A stretch of 41,846 bases of DNA from Candidatus Altiarchaeota archaeon (GCA_016931955.1 JAFGDV010000016.1:1-41846); one strand, 5' to 3'. Shown: positions 17,489 to 27,286, counted from the first letter of the stretch. The notes: generated by a model from the sequence alone, not told the origin. Translations and numbers: made by a program.

Positions 17489-17703
17489 AATAGACATTAC
17501 CGAAACAAAGGATAAATCACACATATTTGTGAGGTGTTTTGTATGGGTTGAGTTAACTGTAAAACAGGGTTATTGGATGGTTAAGAGGCGTTTGTGTTGC
17601 TACAATGTAAACAAGCCGTTCTTGAATCCCCTCTTTTCTCCTGATCGTACAAACAAAGCAGAATACAAAGGGATATATAATGGAAAATCAAAGGATATTA
17701 TAT

Positions 17704-17958
17704 ATGAGACAATACTGCCAGAGTTGCGGGATGCCTTTGAAGAACCAAGACGACTATGGTACCGACTCCAAGGGTAAGAAGGTCGTGGAATACTGCAGAC
17801 ACTGCTTCCAGTGGGGTGAATTCGTTGAGCCAGAGATAACCATGGAGAAGATGATCGAGCGAGTGGCTTGTAGTATGATAAAGGATATGGGGATGGACGT
17901 AGACCAGGCAGTTAATGTAGCGGTAACACTAATACCTAAGCTGAAGAGATGGCAATAA
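17704..17958 (+). CDS. Putative zinc-ribbon protein
   Basis: YCQSCGMPL...YCRHCF...IPKLKRW pattern. Confidence 0.88.
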   Translation: MRQYCQSCGMPLKNQDDYGTDSKGKKVVEYCRHCFQWGEFVEPEITMEKMIERVACSMIKDMGMDVDQAVNVAVTLIPKLKRWQ

Positions 17959-17983
17959 AAATCAAAAAAGAATAAGAATATGC

Positions 17984-18436
17984 TCATGCAGGGAAGGGTT
18001 GCACACCCTTTCCAGCCTTCTCCGGCATCAGCACCGAATCAATCACATGAATGATGCCGTTCGAGCATTTGATGTCTGGCTCCACGATCGTGGCGTCGTC
18101 CACCTTAATGCCTTCAGATGCGTCTATTAACACCCTCTGGCCGTGGAACGTCCTGGCCGACTTAAACTTTGCCACATCAAATGACTTGAGGTTGCCCACC
18201 ATCATATGATAGGAGAGAACCTCCCTCAGCTTCTCTTTGTCATTCAAGAGCTCCTCTAACGTCTCCTTTGGCAGCTTAGCAAAGGCCTTGTCGTTTGGTG
18301 CGAAAACTGTGAAAGACACACCCTTGCTTATGCTCAACAGGTCCGTTAGGTCCGCTCTCTGCAGCGCCTCCACAAGCTTCTTGAAAGAACCTGCAGACCT
18401 TGCTGTCTCAACAATGTTTTTTTCCATATCAACCAC
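17984..18436 (-). CDS. Fasciclin (FAS1) domain protein, no signal peptide
   Basis: H1 motif FTVFAPNDKAF, LSYH and H2 motif NGIIHVIDSVL. Confidence 0.95.
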   Translation of the reverse strand: MVDMEKNIVETARSAGSFKKLVEALQRADLTDLLSISKGVSFTVFAPNDKAFAKLPKETLEELLNDKEKLREVLSYHMMVGNLKSFDVAKFKSARTFHGQRVLIDASEGIKVDDATIVEPDIKCSNGIIHVIDSVLMPEKAGKGVQPFPA

Positions 18437-18537
18437 CCCTTTTTGGGTAAATATTCAAAATATTTTAAGTATTTAGAAACGATTCCTTATAAATGGAGTA
18501 CTCGACCAGATTTAAGAAAACGATATCAATTATCCTC

Positions 18538-19620
18538 ATGGACAGAATCATAATGCACGTGGACTTAGACTCATTCTATGCTTCCCTGGAAGAGAAGAGG
18601 ACTCCAGGGATAAGGGATAAACCGGTGGTCGTATGCATCTACTCCGGCAGAGCGGAAGACAGCGGGGCTGTGAGCACCGCCAACTATAAAGCAAGGGGGT
18701 TAGGGATCAAGGCAGGTATGCCTATAAAGCAGGCGAAGAGGCTTGCTGAAGGAACCGACAGAGTATTCCTGCCAGCGGACAAAGAACACTATTCAGACGT
18801 CTCGGACAGGATAATGGATCTACTGGAGGACTACTCCAACACCTTGGAGCAGGTCAGCATCGACGAAGCCTACCTTGATGTGACTGAAAAAACTGGGGGA
18901 AACTGGGTTAGGGCAGAAGAGACTGCAGAAGAGATAAAAGAGGGGATAAAAGGGGGGGAAGGCCTCACCTGTTCAGTCGGCGTCGGACCTAACAAATTTG
19001 TTGCGAAGATGGCTTCCAAGCACAAAAAACCTGACGGGTTGACTGTCGTCAGAATAGAGGAAGTGAAGGCCTTCTTAGAGAACATACCCGTTATTGAACT
19101 ACACGGCTTAGGCCCTAAAACAGCTGACGCCTTATATGAACTGGGGATAGAGACTGCCGGCGAACTGGCTGCCTTCGATTTAGTCCGATTGGAAGAGGAA
19201 TTCGGCAGAAACAGGGCTAGATTCCTCCACAACATATCCCATGGAATAGACGACTCACAAGTAGAGCACAGAGAAAAACAGCAGATTGGAAGGATCGGGA
19301 CCCTGAAGGAGGACACATCAGAACCTGAGGTGGTCTTTGAAAAGATCAAGGAGCTCTCAGGGGACCTAGGAAATAGGGTGATGGGAGAGGGTGTGAGGTT
19401 CAGGACCGTCTCCCTCATCTTTGTGGATACAACACTTAAGACCCACTCGAAGAGCGAAACCATTTCTGAGACAGATGACATTGAGATTGTTCTCCGGGTA
19501 GCGGGGAAACTCCTCAAGGAATTCCTGGAAGAAAATTGGGGAACAAGGCTGCGCAGGGTCGGCTTAAGGGTCTCCAACCTATCTCGTGGAAGAGAACAGA
19601 AAACACTGACAGAGTTCTAG
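18538..19620 (+). CDS. dinB: Y-family DNA polymerase IV
   Basis: Motifs HVDLDSFYAS, ANYKAR, SIDEAYLD, KFVAKMAS and KPDG, plus little-finger RRVGLRVS. Start ATG 18538. Confidence 0.96.
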   Translation: MDRIIMHVDLDSFYASLEEKRTPGIRDKPVVVCIYSGRAEDSGAVSTANYKARGLGIKAGMPIKQAKRLAEGTDRVFLPADKEHYSDVSDRIMDLLEDYSNTLEQVSIDEAYLDVTEKTGGNWVRAEETAEEIKEGIKGGEGLTCSVGVGPNKFVAKMASKHKKPDGLTVVRIEEVKAFLENIPVIELHGLGPKTADALYELGIETAGELAAFDLVRLEEEFGRNRARFLHNISHGIDDSQVEHREKQQIGRIGTLKEDTSEPEVVFEKIKELSGDLGNRVMGEGVRFRTVSLIFVDTTLKTHSKSETISETDDIEIVLRVAGKLLKEFLEENWGTRLRRVGLRVSNLSRGREQKTLTEF

Positions 19621-20942
19621 GAGAGGATCTTTCTCGTCTCGATCTTGTATTCTTCGACGTTAGGCTGGTCGAAGGGGTTCACATTCAAGAGAAAGCCCAG
19701 ATATATGACCTCCATCATCTTGAACTGGAGAAACTGCCCGATGGAGTGAGGCGACTTATCCGCTAAGACAACTTCAATGAAGGGCCTCTTTCCTTTCCTA
19801 AAAGAAGCCTTAACCCCACCAAGGATCGCAGCCATTATCTCTCTAAGAGGCCTGCCCTGTATGCCCTCAACCAGCTTAGAATATTCCAGAAGATGAGGAA
19901 CCCTCAGATCAGACCTGTTCTCTTCCACACCAACAAAGCAGGTGAACTTATCTTGTGGACCGCCCAAGTACAGTTGAGCCATAGAGTGCAAGTCCGTAGA
20001 ACCAATCGATACCAGAGGGGTGATGCCCTCCAAAACCCTAACACCCCCCCTATCATACTGCTTCCCTAGGCTCTCAGCCAACAGCTGCCTGCACCATTTA
20101 CCCACAGACTCAAGGTCGGGGCTGAACAGGAACAGGTCACAGATATTCCTAGTCCGCCGATAATGCAGATACATTAGAGCCGCACTCAACGCTGCCGGAT
20201 TATCCCAAATATCCGCCTTAAGACATCTGTCACGCATCAAGGCGGCACCCTCCAGGAGGGCCTCCAAGTCGACACCCAACAGACCAAGAGGAAACAAGCC
20301 AACAGGAGAGAAAACAGAAAACCTGCCACCGACCTTTTTAGGTATCTCAAGCAGAGAGAAGCCCTTCTCCGAGGCAAGACCCCATGTGGCTGAGTCCCTG
20401 TCGGTTGTAATGACGACATAGTCCATATAGTTGCTCTTATACTTCCTCACCAGCTCAACCAAGACCTGGAAGTTTGCAATGGTCTCAGTCGTACGCCCCG
20501 ACTTGCTCACACAGTCAAGGACCACACTACCATCCCCCTCCAACACTGGATCTACCATGTTTATAATGGAATCCATTAGATCAGAGTCCACCGTGTCAGC
20601 ATACAAAACCTTCAGCTCAGGATCCAGTTGATTGAAAAACCTGCCCAAGACGGCCTCCTGCACCGCAATAGTACCAAGACAGCTCCCTCCGATACCCACA
20701 ACAACCAAGTAATCCGGTTTAAGTTTCCTTTTCTCTCCGATAAGTGATTTAACTTTTTTTAACAACTCTTTATCAAACGGTAGATTAATCGAGGATCTGT
20801 CGTCTTCATAACCCGGAGAAGAGGCTTCCTTCATGCGCTCGATTTCGACGCTAAGACTACCGCCTGCTTCAGCTATTTCTTCCTTTGAAATCAACGCATC
20901 CTGATATCTGAAGACGAGAGGCTTCACTTCTTTTATCCCCAT
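19617..20942 (-). CDS. pgi: Glucose-6-phosphate isomerase
   Basis: Motifs GIGGS, SKSGRTTET, VGGRFSV, QLLAESLGK, DLHS and PFDQPNVEEYK. Confidence 0.95.
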   Translation of the reverse strand: MGIKEVKPLVFRYQDALISKEEIAEAGGSLSVEIERMKEASSPGYEDDRSSINLPFDKELLKKVKSLIGEKRKLKPDYLVVVGIGGSCLGTIAVQEAVLGRFFNQLDPELKVLYADTVDSDLMDSIINMVDPVLEGDGSVVLDCVSKSGRTTETIANFQVLVELVRKYKSNYMDYVVITTDRDSATWGLASEKGFSLLEIPKKVGGRFSVFSPVGLFPLGLLGVDLEALLEGAALMRDRCLKADIWDNPAALSAALMYLHYRRTRNICDLFLFSPDLESVGKWCRQLLAESLGKQYDRGGVRVLEGITPLVSIGSTDLHSMAQLYLGGPQDKFTCFVGVEENRSDLRVPHLLEYSKLVEGIQGRPLREIMAAILGGVKASFRKGKRPFIEVVLADKSPHSIGQFLQFKMMEVIYLGFLLNVNPFDQPNVEEYKIETRKILS

Positions 20943-20978
20943 AAAGTTATATACTTACTGATATTTAACGCTTAAAGA

Positions 20979-20986
20979 GGAGGTGA
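20979..20986 (+). promoter_or_regulatory. Shine-Dalgarno site of tspO
   Basis: GGAGGTGA ends 4 nt upstream of ATG 20991. Confidence 0.75.
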
Positions 20987-20990
20987 CTAC

Positions 20991-21461
20991 ATGGAGATAA
21001 AAAAACTTATTGCTGCGATCTTGATATGCAATCTTGCCGGAATCGTCGGCTCAGTATTCACCGCATCCTCTGTCGGAACATGGTATCAGACAATCAATAA
21101 GCCAGGGTTCACACCCCCTGGTTGGGTGTTCGCCCCAGCCTGGACCACGCTCTACATCCTGATGGGAGTCTCCATGTACCTGATCTGGATTAGAGGCCTG
21201 CAGACACCCGGCGTGAAAACCTCTCTAGTAATATTCAGCTCACAGCTGCTCCTGAACACCATATGGTCTATCCTCTTCTTTGGTCTTAGAAACCCATTCT
21301 ACGCCTTCGTCGAGATAATCTTCCTGTGGATCCTGATAGTGGCAAGCATTGTGAGCTTCTACAGGATAGATAGACGAGCCGCCATATTGCTGATACCCTA
21401 CATCCTCTGGGTCAGTTTCGCTGCATACCTAAACTACAGCGTATGGCAGCTCAACATCTGA
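20991..21461 (+). CDS. tspO: TspO/MBR tryptophan-rich sensory protein
   Basis: Motifs WY..KP.FTPP.WVF.PAWT.LY, LNTIWS.LFF and PYILWVSFA.YLN; five TM segments. Confidence 0.96.
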   Translation: MEIKKLIAAILICNLAGIVGSVFTASSVGTWYQTINKPGFTPPGWVFAPAWTTLYILMGVSMYLIWIRGLQTPGVKTSLVIFSSQLLLNTIWSILFFGLRNPFYAFVEIIFLWILIVASIVSFYRIDRRAAILLIPYILWVSFAAYLNYSVWQLNI

Positions 21462-21462
21462 G

Positions 21463-22410
21463 ATGACGGAACCCGAACCGAATGTTGTGGTAAGCAAGTG
21501 CCTGGGCTTCGAAGCCTGCCGATACAATGGACAGATCATAGAAGACCGGTTCGTGAAAAAACTAGAGGAATACGTGAACTATATCCCAGTATGCGCTGAA
21601 GTTGAGATCGGCTTAGGGGTTCCAAGGGATCCGATAAGGGTCATACAATCCGGAGGAGAGAGAAAACTTATGCAGCCCAACACCGGCAGAGACGTCAGCA
21701 AGGAGATGGATGACTTCTCTGAGCGATTTCTCTCTTCCTTGAAGAACGTAGACGGCTTCATACTGAAGAACAGATCACCCTCCTGCGGAATCAAAGACGT
21801 AAGAATCTATTCAGGAATGGGGAGGGGAGAGAATATCGGAAAAGGGGCCGGCTTCTTCGGCGGCCGCGTTCTAGAGAGATTCCTCGGCCTAGCAGTCGAA
21901 GACGAAGGCAGGCTAAAAGACTATAGGATAAGGGAGCATTTTCTGACGAAGCTATACACCCTCGCAAGATTCCGTCAAGTAAAGAATAAGAGAGAACTCC
22001 AGGACTTCCATGCTAGAAACAAATACCTGCTGACAGCATACAACCAAGAAGAGATGCGCATTCTAGGTAGGATAGCGGCGAACCCTGGGGAGGATTCTCT
22101 GGAAAGATACAGGGAACATCTGGGCAAGGCCCTATACAGAGCGCCTAGCTGTAAGTCAAACATCAACGTCCTCATGCACGTATTCGGCTACTTCAAGGAT
22201 AAACTTTCCCCAGGAGAGAAGGCCTTCTTCCATGAGACCCTAGACAGATACAGAAACAGAAGAGCCTCCATCGGATCCCTTCAGAGCGTGCTCAGTTCCT
22301 GGACTATAAGGTTCGGGGAAGACTACCTTGAAGAACAGACCTTCTTCAACCCATACCCAGGAGACCTTATCAAATTAGTGGATGAGTGCATATGCAAGGA
22401 TGAAACATAA
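21463..22410 (+). CDS. DUF523 (TudS-like) + DUF1722 protein (YbgA-like)
   Basis: Motifs VSKCLG..CRYNG, CAEVEIGLGVPR, SPSCG, EDEGRL, FHARNKY, HVFGYFK and FFNPYP. Confidence 0.92.
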   Translation: MTEPEPNVVVSKCLGFEACRYNGQIIEDRFVKKLEEYVNYIPVCAEVEIGLGVPRDPIRVIQSGGERKLMQPNTGRDVSKEMDDFSERFLSSLKNVDGFILKNRSPSCGIKDVRIYSGMGRGENIGKGAGFFGGRVLERFLGLAVEDEGRLKDYRIREHFLTKLYTLARFRQVKNKRELQDFHARNKYLLTAYNQEEMRILGRIAANPGEDSLERYREHLGKALYRAPSCKSNINVLMHVFGYFKDKLSPGEKAFFHETLDRYRNRRASIGSLQSVLSSWTIRFGEDYLEEQTFFNPYPGDLIKLVDECICKDET

Positions 22411-23746
22411 AAAAGCCTTGTTCGTATTCAGGCGTGATCTCCGCCTGGAAGACAACACAGGATTGATCGAAGCAATGAGTTCCTCCACGGAAGTCCTGCC
22501 CTGCTTCATCTTCGACCCAAGGCAGATAGAAGACAACAGATACAGAAGCAATAATGCACTGCAGTTCATGCTCGAATCATTGCAAGACCTTGAAAGACAG
22601 TTGAAGGAAGCAGAGGGAAGGCTTTATTTCTTCCATGGGAAACCTGAAGACGTCGTAGAAAAACTGGACACAATAGATGCAGTCTACGTGAACAGAGATT
22701 ATACGCCATTCAGCAAGGAACGGGATGACGCCATAAGAAGTATCTGTGAGAGAAAAAACGTTCAATTCAGGCAAAGTGGGGATTCACTACTAAACGAACC
22801 TGAAGCGGTCTTGAAGAAAGACGGGAAACCATACACCGTATTCACGCCCTACCTGAGGAAGGCAATAAACCTAGAGGTGAGGAAGCCCCAGGAAAACAAG
22901 TACAGGAACTACTGCACAGAGGATCTGCCCTTCGAGGAGGAGAATAAAGTCTATGAGAGAGATAAAAGCATAAAGGTCCACGGGGGGAGAACCAACGCCC
23001 TCAGAATCCTCCAGGATCTGGGAGAATACGAAGACTACGACGATGAAAGAAATTACCCCTCATTGGATGCGACAACCCACCTATCAGCGCACAACAAGTT
23101 TGGGACATGCTCCATAAGGGAAGTCTACCACGCAATCAAGGGAAAACTCGGCGGAATACACGCGCTTCTGACGGAACTCTATTGGAGGGATTTCTTCACC
23201 CAAATAGGATTCTATTTCCCGCACATCTTCGGCGGAGCATTCAAAGGGGGATACGACAACGTGAAGTGGAGCTACGACAAGGAAAAATTCAGGCTATGGT
23301 GCAATGGACTCACGGGTTTCCCGATCGTAGACGCCGGCATGCGAGAATTAAATTCCACTGGATTCATGCACAACCGCGTCAGGATGATCACATCGTCCTT
23401 TTTAACCAAGGACCTGCACATCGACTGGCTGTGGGGTGAACGCTACTTCGCACAAAATCTGGTGGACTATGATCCCTGCGTGAACAACGGAAACTGGCAG
23501 TGGGCTTCCTCAACCGGCTGCGACTCACAACCGTATTTCCGAGTCTTCAATCCCTGGCTACAACAGAAGAAATACGACCCAGAGTGCGGGTACATCAAAA
23601 AATGGATCCCCGAACTAAAGGATTTGACGGCTGAAGGGATACACAACCTCCATGAGAAAAGACCTCCAACAGAGTACCCCAAGCCGATAGTCGACCACTC
23701 AATAGAAAGCAGAAAAGCAAAGAATATGTTTAAGAAGGCGAGATAG
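22400..23746 (+). CDS. phr: Deoxyribodipyrimidine photolyase / cryptochrome family
   Basis: Motifs FRRDLRLEDN, TTHLSAH, LYWRDF, TGFPIVDAGMREL, MHNRVRM, DYD..NNGNWQW and FRVFNP. Start ATG 22400. Confidence 0.95.
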   Translation: MKHKKALFVFRRDLRLEDNTGLIEAMSSSTEVLPCFIFDPRQIEDNRYRSNNALQFMLESLQDLERQLKEAEGRLYFFHGKPEDVVEKLDTIDAVYVNRDYTPFSKERDDAIRSICERKNVQFRQSGDSLLNEPEAVLKKDGKPYTVFTPYLRKAINLEVRKPQENKYRNYCTEDLPFEEENKVYERDKSIKVHGGRTNALRILQDLGEYEDYDDERNYPSLDATTHLSAHNKFGTCSIREVYHAIKGKLGGIHALLTELYWRDFFTQIGFYFPHIFGGAFKGGYDNVKWSYDKEKFRLWCNGLTGFPIVDAGMRELNSTGFMHNRVRMITSSFLTKDLHIDWLWGERYFAQNLVDYDPCVNNGNWQWASSTGCDSQPYFRVFNPWLQQKKYDPECGYIKKWIPELKDLTAEGIHNLHEKRPPTEYPKPIVDHSIESRKAKNMFKKAR

Positions 23747-23758
23747 ATACAGCTGTTT

Positions 23759-23920
23759 TTATTTCCCCATCAGGAGAAGTTGCTCCCAGGTTACCTGCTG
23801 CAGCCTCCCGTTTCTCTGCATCTGGTTCAGGCATCTCTGCACGGTTCTCAGATCCGAGTTCACCCGCCTGGCGAGCGCCTCAGGGGTTATGGTGCATGCT
23901 TCTCTTCTAATCACTTCCAT
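23759..23920 (-). CDS. Small winged-helix/HTH-like protein (53 aa), not in the ORF track
   Basis: Own translation: MEVIRREACTITPEALARRVNSDLRTVQRCLNQMQRNGRLQQVTWEQLLLMGK. Fills the gap directly after trxB, co-oriented. Confidence 0.65.
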   Translation of the reverse strand: MEVIRREACTITPEALARRVNSDLRTVQRCLNQMQRNGRLQQVTWEQLLLMGK

Positions 23921-23954
23921 AATCTTCTGTTCTGGAACTAGGGATATGAAGAGA

Positions 23955-24863
23955 CTAAGGTCTCCTGTTTGCCAGATACCTTGCAGCCTTCAGCAGAGCC
24001 ATGCAACCCTGACCGGCAGATATAACGTACTGGTATTCGCGACCTGCGGCGCAGTCTCCAGCAGCAAAGACTCCTGGAACAGAAGTATTCATCTGACAGT
24101 CCACGGCGATATGGCCATTATCGTCCAATTCAATGAAGCCCTTAACAAAGTCAACGTTAGCGGTTCTGCCTATCTCGACAATAACACCTTGAACATCAAC
24201 CCTGTATTTTCTGCGTTTTTTCTTGTAGACCAGTCCTGTGACGAATTCATCGCCCAAGATTTCTTTAGTCTCCGCCTCAGTTATTACCTCAACGTTCTCA
24301 TACGATTCAATTCGTTCTATAAGGTATTCATGGGCACTGAACTTCTTACCCATGTTTATCAAATAGATCTTCTTCGCTATCTTGTGCGTGAAATCGACGG
24401 CTTCCAAAGCTGAATTCCCACCCCCGACGACTGCGATATCCAGTCCAGAGAAGAGCGGTCCATCGCATATGGAACAATACGTTACGCCCTTGTTTCTGAA
24501 CTCCTCCTCCCCAGGAATGCTGAGCCTTCGCGGCCTGGCACCAGTCGCTATGATGACCGTCTGAGTCTCGTAGCTGCCTTTATCGCTGACTACCTTGAAG
24601 CCGGCTTTGATCTTTTTTATGCCCTTAATTACTTCACCCTCCCAGACCTTAACGTTGGTGAACTCCAGTTGCTCGCGCATCACTGCGCTGAACTCTGCGC
24701 CAGTAGTCCTCACTATCCCAGGATAATTCAGTATCTCCCCAGACTCAAGGAACTGACCCCCTAATTCCTTTGTAAGGAGCAGGTAGTCCATCCTCTTCCT
24801 GGCTGCGTATATTGCAGCGGTCTGCCCAGCAATACCTGCGCCGATGATAACGACGTCATACAT
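23955..24863 (-). CDS. trxB: Thioredoxin reductase-like FAD/NAD(P)H oxidoreductase
   Basis: Motifs GAGIAG, IATGA, CSICD (redox pair), GGGNSA and TSVPGVFAAGD. Confidence 0.92.
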   Translation of the reverse strand: MYDVVIIGAGIAGQTAAIYAARKRMDYLLLTKELGGQFLESGEILNYPGIVRTTGAEFSAVMREQLEFTNVKVWEGEVIKGIKKIKAGFKVVSDKGSYETQTVIIATGARPRRLSIPGEEEFRNKGVTYCSICDGPLFSGLDIAVVGGGNSALEAVDFTHKIAKKIYLINMGKKFSAHEYLIERIESYENVEVITEAETKEILGDEFVTGLVYKKKRRKYRVDVQGVIVEIGRTANVDFVKGFIELDDNGHIAVDCQMNTSVPGVFAAGDCAAGREYQYVISAGQGCMALLKAARYLANRRP

Positions 24864-24866
24864 CTT

Positions 24867-25112
24867 TTATCCTTTCTTCATGGCCTTGAGTTCCTTCTCT
24901 ATCTCCTCCTTATCGAAGCCGACGATAATCCTTTTATTAATCTCTATCTGGGGAACGCCCATCTGCCCCGACTTCTTGATCATCTCCTGAGCCGCTTCCC
25001 TATCAATGGAAACATCTATCTCCTCGAATTCTACGCCCTTCTCCTCCAGGTACTCCTTAGCCATCCTACAGTACGGGCACATCTTCGTCGAATAAACCCT
25101 GATCTTGGCCAT
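24867..25112 (-). CDS. Glutaredoxin-like (NrdH/YruB-type) protein
   Basis: Motifs CPYC, SGQMGVPQI and GFD. Confidence 0.93.
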   Translation of the reverse strand: MAKIRVYSTKMCPYCRMAKEYLEEKGVEFEEIDVSIDREAAQEMIKKSGQMGVPQIEINKRIIVGFDKEEIEKELKAMKKG

Positions 25113-25122
25113 CTAAATCACC

Positions 25123-25404
25123 TTATTCAAGTTCTTCCTCAACCTCTTTCCGACCTTCCTCAAGTTCCTTCACCTGCTCTTCGTCTTCCATAAGCAGCAG
25201 GGCCTGGAATTCACCAACATGGGTCTTCTCCTCCTTCGCAACATCCAAGAGGATCTTCTTTATATTCTCGTTCCCTGTCAGAGCAGCCATCTGCTCGTAG
25301 AGGTTTATCGCATCCAGTTCAGCGATTATCGCAGCCCTGAGTATCTCCCTAACAAGGTCGTCCCTCTTCACCTTATCCAGATCAATGGGTATCTTAGACA
25401 TCAT
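25123..25404 (-). CDS. Half-ferritin-like protein (encapsulated-ferritin type)
   Basis: Ferroxidase ligands AELDAINLYEQ and EEKTHVGEF in a single helix pair; 93 aa. Confidence 0.88.
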   Translation of the reverse strand: MMSKIPIDLDKVKRDDLVREILRAAIIAELDAINLYEQMAALTGNENIKKILLDVAKEEKTHVGEFQALLLMEDEEQVKELEEGRKEVEEELE

Positions 25405-25457
25405 CTCATATCACCTCAATTATCTATTGATTCGATTTATTATATAGCGGCTTTATC

Positions 25458-26078
25458 CTAAACATGCTTTGATAGGATGCATCTTGCCGGGGCTGCTTCC
25501 CCGCCCCTGACCTTCAGAGGCAGACAGAATAATGTGTATGAACCCGGTTGTATCTTTCCTAGAACAAGCCCCTCTATTATAGCTATATTGTTTGAGAGCA
25601 ACTTTTTGTGGACGTAATGTTCCTTCGAATCAAATGCCTCAATGGACAAGTAGTCTATGCCAACAGCCTTAACCCCCCTGTCAACAAGAAAATCCGCCCC
25701 ATCATCCCCCAGATAAACAAACTCACGAGAAAAATCATCACCACCAAGCGTAGAGTTCTGGGTCTTGAAGAGCACAATATCACCTTCCACGATCTCCAAT
25801 CTCATGAGATCTAATGAAGTGATCGAGTCTTTAACGTGGGATAGATCAAAGACAACCGCTTTTCCAACAATCGGCGGTATCAGGTCTATCGACCTGCCGT
25901 CTTCAAAATAATGCGCTGGCGCGTCCACGTGTGTCCCAGAATGCAGACACAGTGTTATCTCAGAAAGCGCGACACCATCATCTGAGATATCCTTCACCTT
26001 CCTCAACCTAACCCCCGGATCACCTTCATAGACTACCATGTCCTCAGACACCTCCATCGATATGTCAAAGAATTCCAT
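25458..26078 (-). CDS. Cyclase / kynurenine formamidase family metal hydrolase
   Basis: Motifs HSGTHVDAPAH, GIDYLS, IIEGL and PLK...AAPAR. Confidence 0.93.
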   Translation of the reverse strand: MEFFDISMEVSEDMVVYEGDPGVRLRKVKDISDDGVALSEITLCLHSGTHVDAPAHYFEDGRSIDLIPPIVGKAVVFDLSHVKDSITSLDLMRLEIVEGDIVLFKTQNSTLGGDDFSREFVYLGDDGADFLVDRGVKAVGIDYLSIEAFDSKEHYVHKKLLSNNIAIIEGLVLGKIQPGSYTLFCLPLKVRGGEAAPARCILSKHV

Positions 26079-26090
26079 CCTACAAATGCG

Positions 26091-26699
26091 CTACTGCACC
26101 TCATCCAGTCTCTTGCCTACTTCAGCCCAATTAACGAGGTTCCAGAATGCGTCAACAAAGGCTGCCCTATTATTCTTGTAGTCCAAGTAGTAGGCATGCT
26201 CCCACACATCCAACACCAATAGGATATGGAACATCGGATACACGTTCACGTTATGTTTCTCTACCTGCATGATCAACGGCCTCTGCGTTTTTTTACAGAA
26301 AGCCAACGCAGCCCAGCCAGAGCCCTCCACCGAAACAGCCGTCTTAGAGAATTCATCCCTGAACCGCTCAAAACTGCCGAACTCCTTATCCAGGAAATCC
26401 GCTATCGCACCGCCCGGCTTACCCCCACCCTTCGGAGACACATTAGGCCAGAACAATGAATGCAGTATATGCCCTCCAACATTGAAAGACAAGGCCTTCA
26501 AAGTCGACTTAACATCTAATTCAACCCCGCCTTCCCTGGCTTTATCCATACTCTCAAGTAATCCATTCGCTCCATTAACATACGCCTGATGGTGTTTTTC
26601 GTAGTGTATGCTCAGCTGTCCCTCAGATATGTGCGGCTCCAAGTCCTTGAAGCCGTAGGGCAGCTTCGGCAAAGTATATAATTTTTCCATATATTCCAC
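26091..26699 (-). CDS. sod: Fe/Mn superoxide dismutase
   Basis: Motifs [29 protein letters not shown] and DVWEHAYY. Confidence 0.97.
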   Translation of the reverse strand: MEYMEKLYTLPKLPYGFKDLEPHISEGQLSIHYEKHHQAYVNGANGLLESMDKAREGGVELDVKSTLKALSFNVGGHILHSLFWPNVSPKGGGKPGGAIADFLDKEFGSFERFRDEFSKTAVSVEGSGWAALAFCKKTQRPLIMQVEKHNVNVYPMFHILLVLDVWEHAYYLDYKNNRAAFVDAFWNLVNWAEVGKRLDEVQ

Positions 26700-26702
26700 C
26701 TC

Positions 26703-27245
26703 CTAGGTTTTTTCCCTGGCAGCCTTCAAAGCGCCAGCATACCAAATCAGTTCATCGAGGAAGGCCTTCACCCTCTTAGAGTAGGATTTATCCACTATCC
26801 CACCTTCTTCGCCGAACAAATCCTGCACCATGGAGAAATAGATGGCCTCCCGAATCGGAACCATGTGCAGTTCTATGCATACCAATCTCAGTTGTTCCAC
26901 AGCCCGTGCTCCACCAAGACCGCCGGCTGAGACACCACAGATGCCAACAGGCTTGTTGAAGTACTGCTCATAGAGCATGTCCAACATCATCTTCAGCTCG
27001 CCCGGGAAACCATGGTTGTATTCAGGCGAAACAATTACCAGAGCGTCTGCTCCAGAGATCTTCTCAGAAAGCCTCTGAGCCTGAATCAATGTTTCTGAGT
27101 TATCCGTTGCTTGTATCCTGTAGTCCCTTACATCCAGGATCTCAGTATGTAATCCAGCCTTGAGCACCTGCCGGCGCATGAACTCAGCAACCTTCTCGGA
27201 CTGCCTGCCTACGCGAGCAGTCCCCAGAACAACTGGGATATACAT
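26703..27245 (-). CDS. NADPH-dependent FMN reductase
   Basis: Motifs GTARVGRQS, SPEYNHG.PG.LK and GG.GGARA. Confidence 0.93.
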   Translation of the reverse strand: MYIPVVLGTARVGRQSEKVAEFMRRQVLKAGLHTEILDVRDYRIQATDNSETLIQAQRLSEKISGADALVIVSPEYNHGFPGELKMMLDMLYEQYFNKPVGICGVSAGGLGGARAVEQLRLVCIELHMVPIREAIYFSMVQDLFGEEGGIVDKSYSKRVKAFLDELIWYAGALKAAREKT

Positions 27246-27286
27246 TCCATCACCCCAACTTGTAGTTACATAATGCAGACGAAAAC

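Noticed and set aside
17575-17629. Archaeal SECIS element next to the SelB-like gene
   Set aside because: There is no GAA/A internal loop followed by a short GC helix, and I saw no in-frame TGA selenoprotein candidate in the window.
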